Positions 21,538 to 30,354 of a stretch of 64,000 bases of DNA are shown piece after piece. This stretch comes from a candidate division FCPU426 bacterium (GTDB lineage Bacteria; Oederibacteriota; Muellerivitia; Muellerivitales; Muellerivitaceae). The stretch covers positions 768,001 through 832,000 of the forward strand of contig CAVRAL010000004.1 of NCBI GenBank assembly GCA_963719085.1. The letters are read 5' to 3'. The notes beneath the pieces were generated by a model, which searched no databases, was not told the DNA's origin, and saw only the letters and a program-made list of their open reading frames with translations. Position numbers and translations under genes: made by a program. Within the stretch, counting starts at the first letter, position 1. Each line of letters begins with the position of its first letter.

Positions 21538-21546
21538 TAATGGGTT

Positions 21547-22953
21547 TTACTTTATCAGTTCCCTTACGTCGGCGATTTTTCCCTCAATAGCGGCCGCGGC
21601 CACCATGGCCGGGCTCATCAACATGGTTCTTCCGGTTTTGCTTCCTTGGCGGCCGATGAAATTACGGTTCGACGAGGAAGCGGAAATCTCATTGCCCTGC
21701 AGTTTGTCCGGGTTCATGGCCAGGCACATGGAACAGCCGGCGGCCCGCCACTCAAATCCCGCTTCCGCGAAAATTTTGTCCAAGCCTTCCTTTTCGGCTT
21801 GGGCCTTCACCGGTTGGGAACCGGGCACCACGAAAGCCCTCACGTTGGCCGAAACCTTGCGGCCCTTGGCGACCTTGGCGGCCTCGCGCAAGTCGCTGAT
21901 TCTTCCGTTGGTACAGCTTCCAATGAAGGCTACGTTGATGGGCGTGCCTTTGATCGATTGGCCGGGTTTGAGTTCCATGTGCTTGTAAGCCAGCTCCACC
22001 GTCTTCACCTCATCGGCGGAAAAGCGGGCGATTTCGGGCAGTTTGTCGTTCACTCCCACGGACTGGTCGGGTGTGATGCCCCAGGTCACGATCGGCTCAA
22101 TATCGGCGGCGGCGAAATTCACCACGTCGTCGTACTCGGCGTTCTTATCCGAGGCGACGGACTTCCAATATTGAACGGCCTTGTCCCATTTATCCGCCTT
22201 CGGCGCGTATTTTTTCCCTTTCAAATAGTCAAAGGTGGTCTGGTCCGGGTTGACATAGCCGATGCGGGCGCCGCCCTCGATGGCCATGTTGCAGACCGTC
22301 ATGCGCTCTTCCATGGTCATGGCGTCAAATACCTCGCCGCCATACTCATAAGCGAAGCCGATACCGCCCTTCACGCCCAGCTTTTGGATGATATAGAGGG
22401 TGACGTCCTTGGCGGTGACGCCGGGTTTTAGTTTGCCGTTCACGTTGATCCGGCGGACCTTCAGTTCGTCCATGGCCAGGCATTGCGTGGCCAAAACGTC
22501 GCGCACCTGGGTGGTACCTATGCCGAAGGCCAGCGTGCCGAAAGCGCCGTGGGTGGAGGTATGGGAGTCGCCGCAGGCGATCGTCATGCCCGGCTGGGTC
22601 AGGCCCATCTCGGGGCCAATGATATGCACGATGCCCTGGTGGCCCGACTTAAAGTCAAAAAAGCTCACGCCGAATTTTTTGACGTTTTTCTCGATGGCGT
22701 CCATCATTTGCTCGGCTTCGCCGTCTTGAAAGGGGCGGGCCTGGCTTTTGGTGGGCACGATATGGTCGACGGTGGCGAAGGTGCGCTGGGGATAAGCCAC
22801 CTTCAATCCCTTTTCGGCGATCATGTCAAAAGCCTGGGGGCTGGTGACCTCATGGATCAGATGAAGCCCGATGAAAAGCTGGGTCTGCCCGGTCGGCAGT
22901 TGATCCACCGTGTGGGAATCCCAGACTTTGTTGTAAAGCGTTCCCTTTGCCAT
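21547..22953 (-). CDS. leuC: 3-isopropylmalate dehydratase large subunit
   Basis: [46 protein letters not shown]; start MAKGTLY at 22953. Confidence 0.97.
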   Translation of the reverse strand: MAKGTLYNKVWDSHTVDQLPTGQTQLFIGLHLIHEVTSPQAFDMIAEKGLKVAYPQRTFATVDHIVPTKSQARPFQDGEAEQMMDAIEKNVKKFGVSFFDFKSGHQGIVHIIGPEMGLTQPGMTIACGDSHTSTHGAFGTLAFGIGTTQVRDVLATQCLAMDELKVRRINVNGKLKPGVTAKDVTLYIIQKLGVKGGIGFAYEYGGEVFDAMTMEERMTVCNMAIEGGARIGYVNPDQTTFDYLKGKKYAPKADKWDKAVQYWKSVASDKNAEYDDVVNFAAADIEPIVTWGITPDQSVGVNDKLPEIARFSADEVKTVELAYKHMELKPGQSIKGTPINVAFIGSCTNGRISDLREAAKVAKGRKVSANVRAFVVPGSQPVKAQAEKEGLDKIFAEAGFEWRAAGCSMCLAMNPDKLQGNEISASSSNRNFIGRQGSKTGRTMLMSPAMVAAAAIEGKIADVRELIK

Positions 22954-22975
22954 AAGAGTCCCCTTTGAAATAAGT

Positions 22976-23132
22976 TCACCACCAAGGCACCAAGACACCA
23001 AGGGAGGATGGCTAAACCATAGGATTGGTTTAGATATTTGTAAAAGATATTGTTTCTATAATATTTATAGTTATAAACTATATATGGTTTTGATTTTAAT
23101 CCGTCCTTGGCGTCTTGGTGCCTTGGTGGTGA
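22976..23132. repeat. 28-bp inverted repeat (8-mer CACCAAG[GA] x3) enclosing the leuC/LysR divergent promoter region
   Basis: TCACCACCAAGGCACCAAGACACCAAGG (22976-23003) and CCTTGGCGTCTTGGTGCCTTGGTGGTGA (23105-23132) are 27/28 complementary. Confidence 0.9.
23012..23081. promoter_or_regulatory. Candidate LysR operator region
   Basis: Palindromes CTAAACCA-taggat-TGGTTTAG and ATAG-ttataaa-CTAT (T-N11-A) in the AT-rich divergent spacer. Confidence 0.5.
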
Positions 23133-23142
23133 GGGTGGTTTT

Positions 23143-24018
23143 GTGGAAACCCATCAATTGCGTTATTTTTTAGCGGTCGCCCAAACCGGCCGGTTCACGG
23201 CGGCGGCCAAGGCCTCCAACGTGTCCCAACCCTCCTTAAGCATCCAGATCGCCAAGCTGGAATCGGAGTTGGGCGGGGAACTTTTTGAGCGAACCCGCAA
23301 AGGCGCCCGGCTCACGGCCCGGGGCGAAACCTTTCTGCCCCGGGCCAAGATGATCCTGGAGCAAATGGAATCGGCCCGGGACGACGCCAAGGCCTTGTCC
23401 GGCTTGACGCTCGGGAAGGTCAGCCTAGGCTGTATGCCCACGACGGGCGCGCATTTGCTTCCGCCCATCTTGACGGCCTTTCGTAAAAGCCATCCCAAGA
23501 TTCAGGTGCAATTAAAGGAAGAGTCTTCCCCGGATTTGGCCCGTGATTTGGAACAAGGCGAAGTGGAACTGGCTATTTTAGATGAAGCCGGCCTTCGGCC
23601 GGGGCTTGCCCATCAAACGGTGCTGACCGAGGAATTGCTATTGGCTCTTCCGGCGAAGCACCCTCTGGCGGGGAAAAAGTCTTTGGCACTCAAACAAGTA
23701 GCCGAGGAGCCTTTTATTCTCATGAAAACCGGCCATGGTTTTCGCCAGATCACGCTGGAGCTTTACCGAAAAGCCGGATTGGAACCGAAAGTCGTTTTTG
23801 AGAGCGGCGGCATTGAGACCGTGCAAGCCTTGGTAGCGGCGGGGCTCGGGATCAGCTTGGTGCCTCAGATGGTGGCCAAATTTCCCGGGGTGGCTTACGC
23901 CCGAATCGCTTCCGCGAAGGCCGAACGAACCCTTTCCTTGGCCTGGCGAAAAAAGGCCACGCTTTCGCCCGCGGCGGAAGTATTGAAAAAAGTAATCTTG
24001 GAAGTCACGAAGAACTGA
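23143..24018 (+). CDS. LysR-family transcriptional regulator
   Basis: QLRYFLAVA...FTAAA...VSQPSLSIQI..LESELGGELFER; substrate-binding domain; divergent from leuC. Confidence 0.95.
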   Translation: METHQLRYFLAVAQTGRFTAAAKASNVSQPSLSIQIAKLESELGGELFERTRKGARLTARGETFLPRAKMILEQMESARDDAKALSGLTLGKVSLGCMPTTGAHLLPPILTAFRKSHPKIQVQLKEESSPDLARDLEQGEVELAILDEAGLRPGLAHQTVLTEELLLALPAKHPLAGKKSLALKQVAEEPFILMKTGHGFRQITLELYRKAGLEPKVVFESGGIETVQALVAAGLGISLVPQMVAKFPGVAYARIASAKAERTLSLAWRKKATLSPAAEVLKKVILEVTKN

Positions 24019-24021
24019 GAT

Positions 24022-24663
24022 TTATGGAATCGAGTTTTCGATGTAAACGGGCAAAGTGGTTTTGGGAATAACCACGTAAGCCCAGCCGGGATAGCATTGG
24101 GTCAAATAAGAGGCGGTAGCGTAAGCTTCAATCACAAGGGCCGGGTCGCAGGTTTCCTCAACGTAGATTTCGATGGGGCCCGCTTGGCAATTATTTCCGG
24201 ATGGGGTTCCGACTAAAATCAATGTTTGGTAACTAAAGGTCACCGCTGAACAGGTGGCGGAATCCAGATATTGTTGGCATTGGCAATCGTCTTGAATCAA
24301 GACCGGATTAGGCTCGGTGAGCGTGGGGACGCCGTTCGGATTTCCCGCCATCAAGGTTGGTATGGGTGTTTGGCAAGCGAGATTATAGCTGATGCCGGGA
24401 GTCGCGGCGCCGGTAGCCGGGGTACAGAGGAATGTTGGCGTGGAGCTCGGGGAGGCCGTTGGACTGGGAATGGCAGTGACGGTCCAGGTGGCCGTGGGGG
24501 TAGGCGAGGCGTTGGAAGGCACTGGACTCAAAGTCGGGGTGGGGGTGGGGGACGAACCGGACCCTGCGGGAGCCGGATTTAAGGGCGGAAAAGAAAATTT
24601 TTTTTGGCAAGCCCCCGCCATAAAAACTAAGGCCAAGATTAAAAGGATTAATAATTTCTTCAT
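24022..24663 (-). CDS. Lipoprotein with Pro/Thr/Ser-rich linker and Cys-containing C-terminal domain
   Basis: MKKLLILL...AGAC lipobox; PTPTPT repeats. Confidence 0.75.
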   Translation of the reverse strand: MKKLLILLILALVFMAGACQKKFSFPPLNPAPAGSGSSPTPTPTLSPVPSNASPTPTATWTVTAIPSPTASPSSTPTFLCTPATGAATPGISYNLACQTPIPTLMAGNPNGVPTLTEPNPVLIQDDCQCQQYLDSATCSAVTFSYQTLILVGTPSGNNCQAGPIEIYVEETCDPALVIEAYATASYLTQCYPGWAYVVIPKTTLPVYIENSIP

Positions 24664-24877
24664 TCAAACTGCCTCTAGATACGCAAATCAGATATGTCAT
24701 TTCTAACGGCAAATAAACGATAAACTTCACCTCTTTTCGAGGTGGCCATGCCATCTCTCATGATTGAACCTAAGTATGTCGCCCCGAACCGATTGACTCC
24801 TGACATCGCAAATCAAAACGTTCGGGATTTGATTGGATCGATAGTCATCCTTTCTTGATCCTACTCTCGTATCCTTT

Positions 24878-24896
24878 TGGTAACTTCTTGTAACCA
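24878..24896. promoter_or_regulatory. Palindromic operator candidate upstream of ygiD-pirin
   Basis: TGGTAAC-ttctt-GTAACCA (one mismatch); resembles boxes of HxlR-type regulators (inference). Confidence 0.4.
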
Positions 24897-24937
24897 AGCT
24901 CCTTTGTTCCGATGATGGCCTTTGAAAAGAGGTTGCC

Positions 24938-25708
24938 ATGAAAAAGATGCCGGTTCTATTTGTCGGTCACGGGTCTCCCATGATCGGCGTGGAAACCAAT
25001 CCCTTCACGAAAACCCTGAACCGGTTGGGCGAAGCTTTGCCCCGGCCCAAGGCCATCGCGGTGGCATCGGCCCATTGGGTCACGCCGGGAACGCGGGTGG
25101 GCACGCAAGCCGACCCAAAGCAAATCTACGACTTTTACGGGTTTCCCCAAAAACTTTTCGACGTGAAATACCCGGCGCCGGGCGCGCCGAAAGAATCGCG
25201 ATCGGTTGTGAAAGAATTAAACGCCGCCGCGGATGAATCCTGGGGTCTCGACCATGGGGCTTGGACCGTTTTAAAGCATCTATACCCCCAAGCCGATATC
25301 CCGACTTTTCAAATCAGCTTGGATCAGGGCAAGGATTTCGCCGGACATTTCGAGTTGGGTGAAAAGTTGAAGTTCTTGAGGGAACAAGGCGTGCTTCTTA
25401 TCGGAAGCGGCAATCTGACCCATAACCTGCGCGATTTGGACTACGACGAGAACGCCGAACCCTTTGATTGGGCTCTGGACTTTGACGCCAAGGCCAAACA
25501 AGCACTGGACGCGCGAAACTGGGAAGCCTTCGCCCATCCCCAAGACACCTGGGGCGCGTCGGATTTTCGAAGGGCCCACCCCTCCGTGGAGCACTATGTG
25601 CCCCTGCTTTATGTTTTGGGGGCTTCGGAAAAGCGGGACAAGCTGTCTTATCCCTTTGAGGGCATCCAGCATGGAAGCCTTTCCATGCGCATGGCTTTGT
25701 TTCAATAA
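24938..25708 (+). CDS. ygiD: 4,5-DOPA extradiol dioxygenase-like (LigB family)
   Basis: MPVLFVGHGSPM, SAHW, YDFYGFP, WGLDHGAW, GSGNLTHNL, AHPSVEHYVPL. Confidence 0.9.
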   Translation: MKKMPVLFVGHGSPMIGVETNPFTKTLNRLGEALPRPKAIAVASAHWVTPGTRVGTQADPKQIYDFYGFPQKLFDVKYPAPGAPKESRSVVKELNAAADESWGLDHGAWTVLKHLYPQADIPTFQISLDQGKDFAGHFELGEKLKFLREQGVLLIGSGNLTHNLRDLDYDENAEPFDWALDFDAKAKQALDARNWEAFAHPQDTWGASDFRRAHPSVEHYVPLLYVLGASEKRDKLSYPFEGIQHGSLSMRMALFQ

Positions 25709-25718
25709 GGAGGATCAC

Positions 25719-26429
25719 ATGTTGAAGACAAGACTTTCCAATGAACGCGGCCATGCCGACCATGGCTGGCTCAAAAGTTTTCATACTTTTTCTTTCAGCG
25801 GTTTCCACGACCCGGACTTCAACGGATTCCGCTCGCTTCGGGTCATCAATGAGGACCGGGTGGAGCCGGGCGAGGGCTTCGGCCGGCACCCCCATGACAA
25901 TATGGAAATTTTAAGTTACGTCATCGAGGGCGCGTTGGAACATCAGGACAGTATGGGAACCGGTTCGGTCATTAAGCCGGGGGATGTTCAAATCATGAGC
26001 GCGGGCACGGGCGTGGCCCACAGCGAGTTCAACCCGTCTAAAAAAGAGAAGGTCCATTTTTTGCAAATTTGGATGTTTCCCGATAAGCGCAATTTGCCGC
26101 CGCGCTATGACCAAAAGCATTTCACGAACGAGGACAAGCTCAACCGCCTGCGCTTGATCGGGTCCAAGGACGGCCGCGAAGGGTCGCTGGTCATTCATCA
26201 GGACATCGACCTTTACGCCTCGGTTTTGGAAAAGGGAAAAAATCTGGAGCAGGCCCTAAGGCCGAATTCCGGTTTTTGGCTTCAAATGATCAAAGGGGAG
26301 CTGGAAGTCAACGGATCCAAACTGGCCGCCGGGGACGCCCTTTATGGGGAAAAGGAAAAGACCTTGTCTCTCAAGGCCCAACGCGATTCCGAATTCTTGC
26401 TTTTTGACATCGGCCCCTTTGACCGCTGA
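25719..26429 (+). CDS. Pirin family protein (YhhW-like)
   Basis: RGHADHGWLKSFHTFSF, HPHDNMEI, HQDSMG, MSAGTGVAHSEFN; AGGAGG ribosome-binding site. Confidence 0.93.
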   Translation: MLKTRLSNERGHADHGWLKSFHTFSFSGFHDPDFNGFRSLRVINEDRVEPGEGFGRHPHDNMEILSYVIEGALEHQDSMGTGSVIKPGDVQIMSAGTGVAHSEFNPSKKEKVHFLQIWMFPDKRNLPPRYDQKHFTNEDKLNRLRLIGSKDGREGSLVIHQDIDLYASVLEKGKNLEQALRPNSGFWLQMIKGELEVNGSKLAAGDALYGEKEKTLSLKAQRDSEFLLFDIGPFDR

Positions 26430-26492
26430 TTCACTTGCGTCCAAATCTCTGGAATGGAACAATAGTCCCACTTATTTCCGGAGGGGGATGAA

Positions 26493-27155
26493 ATGGAATC
26501 AAACCAACGCGCGGATGTTTTTGTGGGAGTGCATAAAGGATTACGCCGGGGTCTGTTAGGTCTATCGCTCAAACTGGGAAGCCTGGATTGGGCGGATCCG
26601 GAAGAAGTAAAGGCCGCGGGGGCGGAGTTTAAGAACATCCTCTATTTTCTCCGGGAGCACGCGGAGAACGAGGATAAGATCCAGGCGCCCACGTTGGAAG
26701 AAAGGGTTCCCGGCGCCACCCGGCAGATGGCCGAAGACCACCACCGGCTTGAGAAACAAATCGACCAATTGGAAAAAGATTGGGAAGAAGCCAAGAAGGG
26801 CGCTCCGGCGGCCGAATTGGGTTACCGCCTTTATTTAAGTTATAACCGCTTCCTGTCGGCTTACCTGGCCCACTTGGATATGGAAGAGGGGCCGATCACC
26901 GAAGCCGTCCACCGGCATTTCACAGACGAGGAAATCAAGGCCATGGTGGGCCGCATCATCGCCAAGACCTCGCCTCAAGACATGGGCATGATGCTGGGCT
27001 ATATGATTCCCGGGATGAACGCCGCTGAGCGGTTGATGTTCATCTCCGGGGTGAAAGCCACCGCCCCGCCGCCGGTTTTTGAGGGTCTGAAGGGATTGGC
27101 TCAAAAGGTGTTGGCGCCCAGGGATTGGGAAAAACTTTCGGCGAAGCTGGGTTGA
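26493..27155 (+). CDS. Hemerythrin domain-containing protein
   Basis: VHKGLR, HAENED, DHHRL, HLDMEE. Confidence 0.85.
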   Translation: MESNQRADVFVGVHKGLRRGLLGLSLKLGSLDWADPEEVKAAGAEFKNILYFLREHAENEDKIQAPTLEERVPGATRQMAEDHHRLEKQIDQLEKDWEEAKKGAPAAELGYRLYLSYNRFLSAYLAHLDMEEGPITEAVHRHFTDEEIKAMVGRIIAKTSPQDMGMMLGYMIPGMNAAERLMFISGVKATAPPPVFEGLKGLAQKVLAPRDWEKLSAKLG

Positions 27156-27856
27156 TGACCCGCCCCAGCCACGCATTCGCCAAGCGGGCCCTCCGGCGCC
27201 ACGCCAACCCTCAAAAGGCCAAAACCTACCGGGGATTTTTTAAGAACGCCGAAAAAGATATTTTTCTCGGCGTCACCGCTCCTTTGGTGGAGGGTGTGGC
27301 TAAGGATTTTTGGGAATTGTCACTGCCGGATGTGCGCCGGCTCATGGCGTCCCGGGTGCATGATGAAAGGTCCCTCGCCAATTCCATCCTAGTTTTGAAG
27401 TACCGCAAGGGAGACGCCGGGACGAAAAAAATCATTTTTGATTTCTACCTGAAAAACCGCGGCTTCATCCGAAGCTGGGACGGGGTGGACGACAGCGCGC
27501 CTTATATCGTCGGTCCCTATTTGTTGGACAAGGACCGCAAGATTCTTTTCCGGTTGGCGGATTCGAAAAGCCTTTGGGACCGGCGCATCGCCATGGTTTC
27601 CACCTGGTGGTTCATCCGCCAGGGTGACACGGCGGATACCTTTAAGCTGGCCAAACAACTGTTAAACGACCGTGAAGACCTGATGCATAAAGCGGTGGGT
27701 TGGATGCTGAGGGAAGCGGGAAAACGCGACCTTCCGGTTTTGAAAAAATTCCTGGCTCGTTACGCGAAGGCCATGCCCCGAACCATGCTGCGTTACGCGA
27801 TTGAGAAATTTCCTGAACCCCAGCGAAAAAGATATCTGGCGGTTAAAACCGAATGA
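27155..27856 (+). CDS. DNA alkylation repair protein (AlkD-like)
   Basis: FLGVTAP, SWDGVD, LWDRRIAMVST, DLMHKAVGWMLREAGKRD, MPRTMLRYAIEKF. Confidence 0.9.
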   Translation: MTRPSHAFAKRALRRHANPQKAKTYRGFFKNAEKDIFLGVTAPLVEGVAKDFWELSLPDVRRLMASRVHDERSLANSILVLKYRKGDAGTKKIIFDFYLKNRGFIRSWDGVDDSAPYIVGPYLLDKDRKILFRLADSKSLWDRRIAMVSTWWFIRQGDTADTFKLAKQLLNDREDLMHKAVGWMLREAGKRDLPVLKKFLARYAKAMPRTMLRYAIEKFPEPQRKRYLAVKTE

Positions 27857-28835
27857 TGTGTTTCTCGCGCGCGGAGCCGGCCAGGATTTTTTCGTAAGTG
27901 GCGGGAGCTTCGTCCAACGAAATGACTTTCACGGCAGGTGGCGTGATCTTTTCCATCTCGATCAATCGGGCCAATTCTTTGAGGATGTCGCCGCTCTCCT
28001 TGAAAGACAATTTCAACGAGTCCACGCCTTTGAGCGTGGCTTCTTTATGATAAAAGTCGACGAGGTTGAAGCTCACCCGGGGATCCGCGGTGGAAGCGAT
28101 GCAAACCTGGCGGCCCCGTTGGGCCACACATTGAAGGCCTGTCTCAAATAAGGGGTTGCCCACCGTATCAAAGACTAAATCCACGCCCCGGCCTTCGGTC
28201 AGCTCATGGGTTTTCTTCACTAAGTCATCCTGATCCAAGGCGATCCAGTGATCAACCGGCAAGGTCTTCACCCGCTCCAGTCCGGCCGCTTTGGAAATGG
28301 TCCCGATCACTTTCGCCCGCTTGAGCCGGGCCAATTGGGCCGCCGCCGAACCCACCGCGCCGCTCGCGCCTAAAATCAGAATGGTTTGATTCTCTTTTAA
28401 CTCGCCCGCGACCAACACCGATTGCCAAGCCGTGAGGAAGGGGACGCCCAGCCCCGAGGCTTCCTCGAAACTGATCCGGGAAGGCTTTAGCGCCAGTGAT
28501 TCCACCGGCACGGCGATAATTTCCGCCTGGGCTCCGTCGCGGACATAGCCTAAATCCCGGGCCGAACCAAAAACTTCCCGGCCGATTAAATCCGACGGAC
28601 CTTTTAAAACGGCTCCGGCGAAGTCGCGCCCGGGAACCCGGGGAACGGTGGTGAAAGGGAAGCGGCCCATCACATTTTTAATGTCACTGGGGTTGATGGC
28701 GGCGGCATGCACCTTCACCAAGGCTTCGCCAGCTTTCGCTTCAGGCCAGGGAAGCTCGCTTAACTTTAACTCAGAAAGGCTTCCGGTTTTTTCAAAATAA
28801 AGAGCCCGCATTTTCCGGCCGAGACTTTGTCCCAT
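27843..28835 (-). CDS. MDR family NADPH:quinone oxidoreductase / zinc-binding dehydrogenase
   Basis: AAAINPSD, PRVPGRDFAG, GASGAVGSAA, GRGVDLVFDTVG. Confidence 0.9.
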   Translation of the reverse strand: MGQSLGRKMRALYFEKTGSLSELKLSELPWPEAKAGEALVKVHAAAINPSDIKNVMGRFPFTTVPRVPGRDFAGAVLKGPSDLIGREVFGSARDLGYVRDGAQAEIIAVPVESLALKPSRISFEEASGLGVPFLTAWQSVLVAGELKENQTILILGASGAVGSAAAQLARLKRAKVIGTISKAAGLERVKTLPVDHWIALDQDDLVKKTHELTEGRGVDLVFDTVGNPLFETGLQCVAQRGRQVCIASTADPRVSFNLVDFYHKEATLKGVDSLKLSFKESGDILKELARLIEMEKITPPAVKVISLDEAPATYEKILAGSAREKHIIRF

Positions 28836-28868
28836 GGTGATTCCTAATTACGTTTAGATTTTAAGTAG

Positions 28869-29111
28869 TTAGGGCTGCAAAAATCTTTTATTGGCAAATG
28901 CTTTGCCGGAGCCGGATTTAAAATACAGTTCTAATTTTCTCGCGTGGGTTTCGGTTTCAATGGCCACATACGAACCTAGTTTAACTGGAAGGAAAGGCCG
29001 GGTAGAAGTAACTTCTCCGTTTTGATGAGACTTCGAGCGTCTTTTCAAATCGTCTGTAGAACCGACATAAATATTAGAGTTATTTAAACGTAGAAAGTAG
29101 ACGTACCACAT
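28869..29111 (-). CDS. Small GIY-YIG nuclease family protein (80 aa)
   Basis: MWYVYFL...IYVGSTDDLKRR..SH..G...STRPFLP...ARKLELYFKSGSG; AT-richer than flanking genes. Confidence 0.9.
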   Translation of the reverse strand: MWYVYFLRLNNSNIYVGSTDDLKRRSKSHQNGEVTSTRPFLPVKLGSYVAIETETHARKLELYFKSGSGKAFANKRFLQP

Positions 29112-29119
29112 ATACCTTT

Positions 29120-29371
<252 letters not shown>

Positions 29372-29501
29372 GTTGGGTCAAGAACTGCTAATCGGTTGTC
29401 AGGTCGTCCAGCGGGGTGCGCATGGACGAAAAAAACGTTCTTCCTAAATTTTATTCTCGATGGAGATTTTCTTCCCACTTCCGCCAAGAACCGCGGAAGT
29501 G

Positions 29502-29525
29502 TCGACCACTCTGCCATCTCTCCGT
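29502..29525 (-). repeat. 24-bp direct duplicate of the tRNA-Ser 5' end
   Basis: TCGACCACTCTGCCATCTCTCCGT is identical at 29350-29373 and 29502-29525. Confidence 0.9.
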
Positions 29526-29706
29526 GTCGAGCTACATATATAAGTTGTAGACCCGGTCTTGTGTTCAAACCGGGGAAAACATCATCCGAATCATGGTTTC
29601 TTTCATAAACGCCACGAAAGGAGGGGTATTGTAAGAGATAACCCAAGCGTAGGACAATAGCGGGATGTTATGATTAATCCCTATTTTTCAACGATCCAAG
29701 GGAAAT

Positions 29707-30354
29707 ATGCCTAAGACTTCCATCGCTCATCTGCGCCGGGAATACCGTCGGCGCGGGCTCAATGAACAAACCATGCCTTCCCGGCCCCTGCCTTTCTTTG
29801 GACGCTGGTTCAAGGAAGCGCTTCGAGTGAAGGCCCTCGACGCCAACGCCTTGACCTTGGCCACGCTCACCCCGAAGGGCTTGCCCGCGACCCGAACCGT
29901 CCTTCTTAAAGGTTGGGACGCCAAGGGATTCCAGTTTTTTACCAATTACGAAAGCCAAAAGGGCTTGGAACTGATTCGAAAACCCTATGCCAGCCTGCTC
30001 TTTTACTGGAAAGAACTGGAGCGCCAAGTCCGGGTGGATGGCCGGGTGGAAAAAATGTCCACGGCCCAGTCCGACCTTTATTTCAAAACCCGGCCCCGGG
30101 GAAGCCAGCTGGGCGCTTGGGCTTCCGACCAAAGCCGGGTGATTTTGAACCGCGAATATTTGCAGGAGCGCCTGAGTTTTTTTGAGAAAAAATTTAAGGG
30201 CGGCCCCGTGCCCCGACCCCCGCATTGGGGCGGGTTCCGGGTGTTGCCCCGACAGATCGAGTTTTGGCAGGGCCGGCCCAACCGATTGCATGACCGGGTC
30301 CGGTACCGCCTTGTCTCCGGCTCCGCCTGGAAACGCGAGAGGCTTTCGCCCTGA
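29707..30354 (+). CDS. pdxH: Pyridoxamine 5'-phosphate oxidase
   Basis: LRREY, RTVLLKG, FFTNYESQKG, RQVRVDG, IEFWQGRPNRLHDR, ERLSP. Confidence 0.96.
   Translation: MPKTSIAHLRREYRRRGLNEQTMPSRPLPFFGRWFKEALRVKALDANALTLATLTPKGLPATRTVLLKGWDAKGFQFFTNYESQKGLELIRKPYASLLFYWKELERQVRVDGRVEKMSTAQSDLYFKTRPRGSQLGAWASDQSRVILNREYLQERLSFFEKKFKGGPVPRPPHWGGFRVLPRQIEFWQGRPNRLHDRVRYRLVSGSAWKRERLSP

Noticed and set aside
22954..23142. N-terminal extensions MVSWCLGGE (leuC) and MASWCLGGE (LysR) in the ORF track
   Set aside because: Artefacts of translating the two arms of the inverted repeat; real starts are 22953 and 23143.
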